The position numbers were made by a program, and so were the translations under genes. The notes under the pieces were generated by a model. It had not been told where the DNA came from and did no database searches. It worked only from the letters and a program-made list of their open reading frames with translations. A stretch of DNA of 60,986 nt, the filler included, from Syncephalis fuscata S228 (taxonomy: Eukaryota > Fungi > Zoopagomycota), in the NCBI GenBank assembly GCA_025786725.1. It is 3 parts of 3 records of this genome, joined end to end, with 100 filler letters (N's around TTAATTAATTAA, not from the genome) between each part and the next. Parts side by side here need not be neighbours in the genome. Positions count along the whole stretch, not along the records: positions 54,243 to 60,986 come from JAHLTZ010000326.1; 2 more parts are not named here. The stretch is one strand, 5' to 3'. This document shows, piece after piece, positions 56,235 through 60,986 of this stretch. The stretch's first letter is position 1, and every line of letters begins with the position of its first letter.

Positions 56235-59075
56235 CCAATCATAATAATTGTTTATTCATATTACATCAGCACTTGCACCCACACTATAAAAACAGACTGC
56301 CGATCGCATAGCACACGATTTGCGTCACACGTTCCTCTTTCTCATCCACCACACTTGACAGCATTCATCCACTAGCCACCTTTCCACTTGCACTTGTTTC
56401 CATAAGTTCAGTATATGCCTTGCTTGCTATATGTCATTGTTAGTCTATTAGTATGAGCATGCCTAGTCTTGGTACTACATACCGCCCTGCTGTATGGCGC
56501 CATACAGCAGTGCTAGCGGTATCGTTTTACCTTGTGGGCAGCTGCTAGTATGCTAACTGTGGCAATATATGCTACCAAACATATACGGTTATCTTCCTCT
56601 TTCTTTTCCTCTTTCTCTTCAACCTTTTTTTCACCAACCTTCCATTACTTACCGTACTAGCAACAGTGTATGCTGGATATATGCTACCAAGCATACACTG
56701 TTCTCATCCTCTTTCTCTTCCCTCCTTCTTCCTCATCCTTTTCACCAACCTTCCATTACTTACCGTACTAGCAACAGTGTATGCTGGCTATATGCTACCA
56801 AGCATACACTATTGTCATCCTCTTTCACTTTACTCCTTCTTCCCTATCCTTTTCACCAACCTTCCATTACTTACCGTACTAGCAACAGTGTATGCTGGAT
56901 ATATGCTACCAAGCATATACTGCTCCTTTCTCACCCTCTCCTCATCATTATCTCTATATCTTCCATTGCTCACCGTGCTAGCAATAGTGTGTTTAGCTAC
57001 TGTAGTAGCATATAGTAGCACTCTGTACTGGCCATACAGCAGTGCCATTATATGCACTGCCTGTAAACACCTGCTAGCACGATGTTGCATTGGCAGCTCT
57101 TCTTCTCTTTCCCTTTTCACTTTTAACAAACCACTTACCGGTCCTTCTTTATGATACACTGATTATGCAATGGTAAGTAACTAACTTAAATCAGTCACTA
57201 ACTCTGCATATAATGGTTTAGATTTACAAACCATCAAGTATCAAGTTCAAGGGCAATGGCGATTAGTGTGTTAGCGGCCGGCTACCAAACAATATAACAA
57301 CCAATGTTATATTGATGACTTTAGATTTAGATTACTAACTTACTAACCTGTATTAATAATTACAGCTTTATATTATAAATAAAAATCACCAAATTGTTTT
57401 AGTGTGCTAGCGGCCGGCTACACAACATTGCAACATACTAACTTTATACATATATTGTTTTAAATTTTAGATACCGGATACTAACACTAACATTTATTGA
57501 TTATTATAGATTTTAGATAGCCGGACACCAGTACCAACACCGGCATCAACACCAGCACCAGTACCAACACCGGTATCAGCACCAACATTGACACCAGCAC
57601 CAGCACCAGCACCGGCATCAGCACCAACACCGCATCGACATCAACACCAACACCAACACCAGCATCAGCACCAACACCAGTACCAGCATCAGCATCAGCA
57701 CCAACATCGACACCAGCACCAGCACCAGTACCAGCACCGGCATCAGCACCAACACCAGCATCGGCATCAACACCAGCACCAACATCGACATCAGCACCAG
57801 CACCGGCATCAGCACCAGCACCAGTACCAGCACCGGCATCATCACCGACATCAACACCAACACCAACACCAGCACCAACACCAACATCGACACCAGCGCC
57901 AACACCAGCACCAGCATCGGCATTAACACCAGCACCAGCACCAGCACCAACACCGACATCAGCACCAGCACCAGTACCAACACCGACATCAGCACCAGCA
58001 CCAGTACCAACACCGACATCAGCACCAGCACCAGTACCAGCACCGGCATCAGCACCAGCACCAGTACCAGCACCGGCATCAGCACCGACATCAGCACCAA
58101 CACCGGCATCAGCACCAACACCAGCATCGGCATCAACACCAACATCAGCACCAGCACCGGCACCGGCATCAACACCAGCATCAGCACCAGCACCAGCACC
58201 AACATCGACACCAGCACCAGCATGGCATTAACAAACACCAACACCAGCATCAGCATCAGCACCAGCATCAACATCAACACCAGCATTGGCACCAGTACCA
58301 GTATCAACATCGGCACCGGCACCGGCACCAACATTAGTAACAACATTAACATTGGCATCAACACTAAACACTAACATTGTATTTATTATTTTAGATTCGT
58401 AGGTAGCCGGCCATGGACACCCAGCGTAAGTATTATTATTATACATAGCCGGCCGCTAGCACACTAAAACCAAATATGCAATATCAATTCAGACAATTGT
58501 CTACTAACGTACTAACATTGTATTTATTGTTTTAGAATTGTAGGTAGCCGGCCGCTAACACACTAATCGCCATTTTAAGTAAGTAATGTGATAAAGCAGT
58601 TGTAGCAGTATCCATCATAATTTGTATGTGGTGGTATATCGCCACCAATAAACAGTGGTATACCATCACAACAATAGCAACAATAGCAACTTCACAAGTA
58701 CTTGATGTGACATCATCAAGATTAATTGATACTATTGCTATCAATTAACAGCAAGATTAAAAAAGGGATATTGGATCAATTAATAATATATTATTTATTG
58801 GTAATATCCAAGGAATTATTTATTGATATTACCAAACAATATCCGAGCAAAGCATTAAATAAAAGCACATAGCTACTAAATAAGTAGATGCAAAGTTTAT
58901 ACTTTTGCATCTCAATCAAAAAATCAATACAATATAGTTTATTGTATCTAATCAAGTGAATTGTGACAATAAATATTATACAATTAGTATATGTTGCACA
59001 TACTAACTAATGATTAAACAATTTAACAATGCTTATAGTATGATCAGCAGATCAAATGGCAATATTTAAAAGCAT
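56235..59075 (+). repeat. Paralogue of the hairpin-rich Pro/Thr-repeat cassette at 27930-30580, flanked by decayed TIR-element ends
   Basis: Colinear high similarity from AATCATAATAATTGTTTATTCATATTACATCAGCAC to the AGATGCAAAG...TTTTGCATCT hairpin. Decayed element ends lie at ~56025-56130 and ~59050-59110. Confidence 0.9.
56570..57010 (+). repeat. 111-nt tandem repeat (three good copies plus partials) with internal hairpin
   Basis: TCACCAACCTTCCATTACTTACCGTACTAGCAACAGTGTATGCTGG at 56631, 56742 and 56853; fewer copies at ~28240-28480. Confidence 0.9.
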
Positions 59076-60967
59076 TTAATGTACTGAACATGATAATGGA
59101 TGATGAATAAATAAAATATAAAATAGACATTAATGTAGATGTATTATCCAGTAAGCATATATCCAATGTGATATACTCAATATGCATACATCCATTATTT
59201 ACATATATCATTGTATGATATCGTGTGTATATATATTAATTGTAGAAAGCAATATACACGACTCATTCACGTCAGTATGTTATAGTACTTATAACATGCA
59301 ATGATTTATATTAATTATTACCTACATATATGATGTATTGCATCGGTAGATTGACACTCACATATTGAAGAATAGAATTTAGCACTCATTACCATAAGAG
59401 TTATGTACGTTTATATACACAGATGTACATTAACTAAACAATATTTTGCAATTAAATATATTGTTCTAGAACATATATTGACAGACATATACTAGTTGAA
59501 TAATGGAACAAATAAAAAGGAATTATTTGAATGAATGAGTGATTGACTAATTGACGGACAAATTGAATAACTAAATAAGCAACTAATTGCCCAACTGCCC
59601 AACTAAATGATCAACTAATTGAACAAACGACTAACTAATTTCCCAACTAATTTCCCAACTATTGACTAACTAGTTGGCATAATTTCCCAACTAATTGACT
59701 AACAATACTACAGACTAACGACTCGACTAATTCGTTGACATTAATAATCAACAATATAAGAATTAGACAACCAATTGCATAAATGCTTGAACAATAGACC
59801 AAATAACAGAATGGTTGACAGATTGACAGACTGGTCAACTAACGGATTGAGTAAGCAATTAAATGACAGATTGACAGACACACTAAATAAAGGAATAATT
59901 GACAGACAGACAGACAAAAAACTAATTGATTAAATGACCAACTAACAAACTAACTACCGACAGATTGACCAACTAACAATTAAATGACAGACAGACTAAC
60001 TAACTGAACAACTGAAGCATAGATAGTATGAAACATAGGTAGTTTAGGCCACCACATTTCAATATATTTATTTTAGCACAATTTATGACCAAAGTGTATA
60101 TATGTTTATATACATAGATACAGCATCAACTAAGCAATGGTTTGCAAGTTATTTGAATGTGCTAGCTTGTATATTGACGGACTTTTACTAGTGGGCCAAT
60201 TTACTCAATATATGAGTAAAAATGGCAATAATTAGCGGATAATTGCCCATAGACTAACTAACAGAATAATGGACTAAACAACGGAATAATTGACAAGTTA
60301 ATTATCAATAGCATATTTACATAATTTAATAAGTAGTTTATGCAATAAAAGATACAACAGGCCAAATATTTGACTAAATAAAGCAAATTAACGGATAAAT
60401 TGGCCAATATATGCATACATTGTAAGTGAAATATATATATTAGCACAATATTGCACAATACAGTATATACATTTACATAGACAGATACAGCATCAATCAG
60501 GCAATATTATACAATATATTTCATTGGTATAGCTTGTGTATTGACAGAGTTGTACTAGTGGACAATGTGAGGCAATATTATAGCAAATAGTAGAATAAAG
60601 GTATAATTGACTAAGTAATTGAATAAAGGTATAATTGACTAAGTAATGGCTCAAATGACATGAGAGTAGGTGACAATGAAACAGAATGAACAGGAGATGA
60701 AGAAACAACAATAAAACAGACAACGATTTTTTTTTATTTTTTTTGAAAATATTTTTGACAATTATTTGACAAATATTTAGGGCTAATGAGATAGGGCTTG
60801 ATAAAATAGGGCTAAAAGAAGAAAAAGAAGACAAAATGAATAATGAAGGAAAATGAACAAGAAGTTACAGAACAACTATACGAGCGATAGCGAGTTAGAA
60901 AACAACAAGAACAAAGACAATAGAACAACAACAACGAACAACAACAAGAGAAGAGAGAGACAAAAAA

Positions 60968-60986
60968 GGGTTAGGGTTAGGGTTTA
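60968..60986 (+). repeat. Telomere repeat start (GGGTTA)2 GGGTTTA
   Basis: TTAGGG-type repeats with the G-rich strand running to the contig end, after subtelomeric repeats; only ~3 units visible. Confidence 0.75.

Overview
AT-rich, intron-rich eukaryotic DNA. Short GT-AG introns with CTAAC/CTAAT branch points, fungal-type genes and a TTAGGG end suggest an early-diverging fungus; a Zoopagomycota-like identity is inference only. The window is three contigs joined by 100-nt N44-TTAATTAATTAA-N44 linkers (27177-27276, 54143-54242), so adjacency across linkers means nothing. Scattered 1-nt frameshifts suggest an indel-prone assembly. Contig 1 (1-27176) holds a giant VPS8, a disrupted FHA-like/CAMK kinase, a five-copy tandem array of a ~680-nt non-coding unit (16132-20487), a Myb/SANT + U-box-like gene and the 5' end of a probable RhoGAP. 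Contig 2 (27277-54142) holds alternately oriented inverted-repeat elements bracketing three cargoes: a hairpin-rich Pro/Thr-repeat cassette, a fold-back FKS1 fragment and an intronless amidase. These are followed by two tandem 2OG-Fe(II) dioxygenases, ETR1, ECD, CAT2, ARMC7 and a partial SPT7. Contig 3 (54243-60986) is a ~5.8-kb subtelomeric repeat unit ending in telomere repeats. The best candidate for an undescribed system is the 16.1-20.5 kb array. Each unit is a near-invariant multi-stem scaffold with G-U pairs on the + strand and a single ~40-nt hypervariable segment at the tip of its longest hairpin, and units are separated by intron-like spacers. This looks like a eukaryotic array of programmable (guide-like) RNAs.
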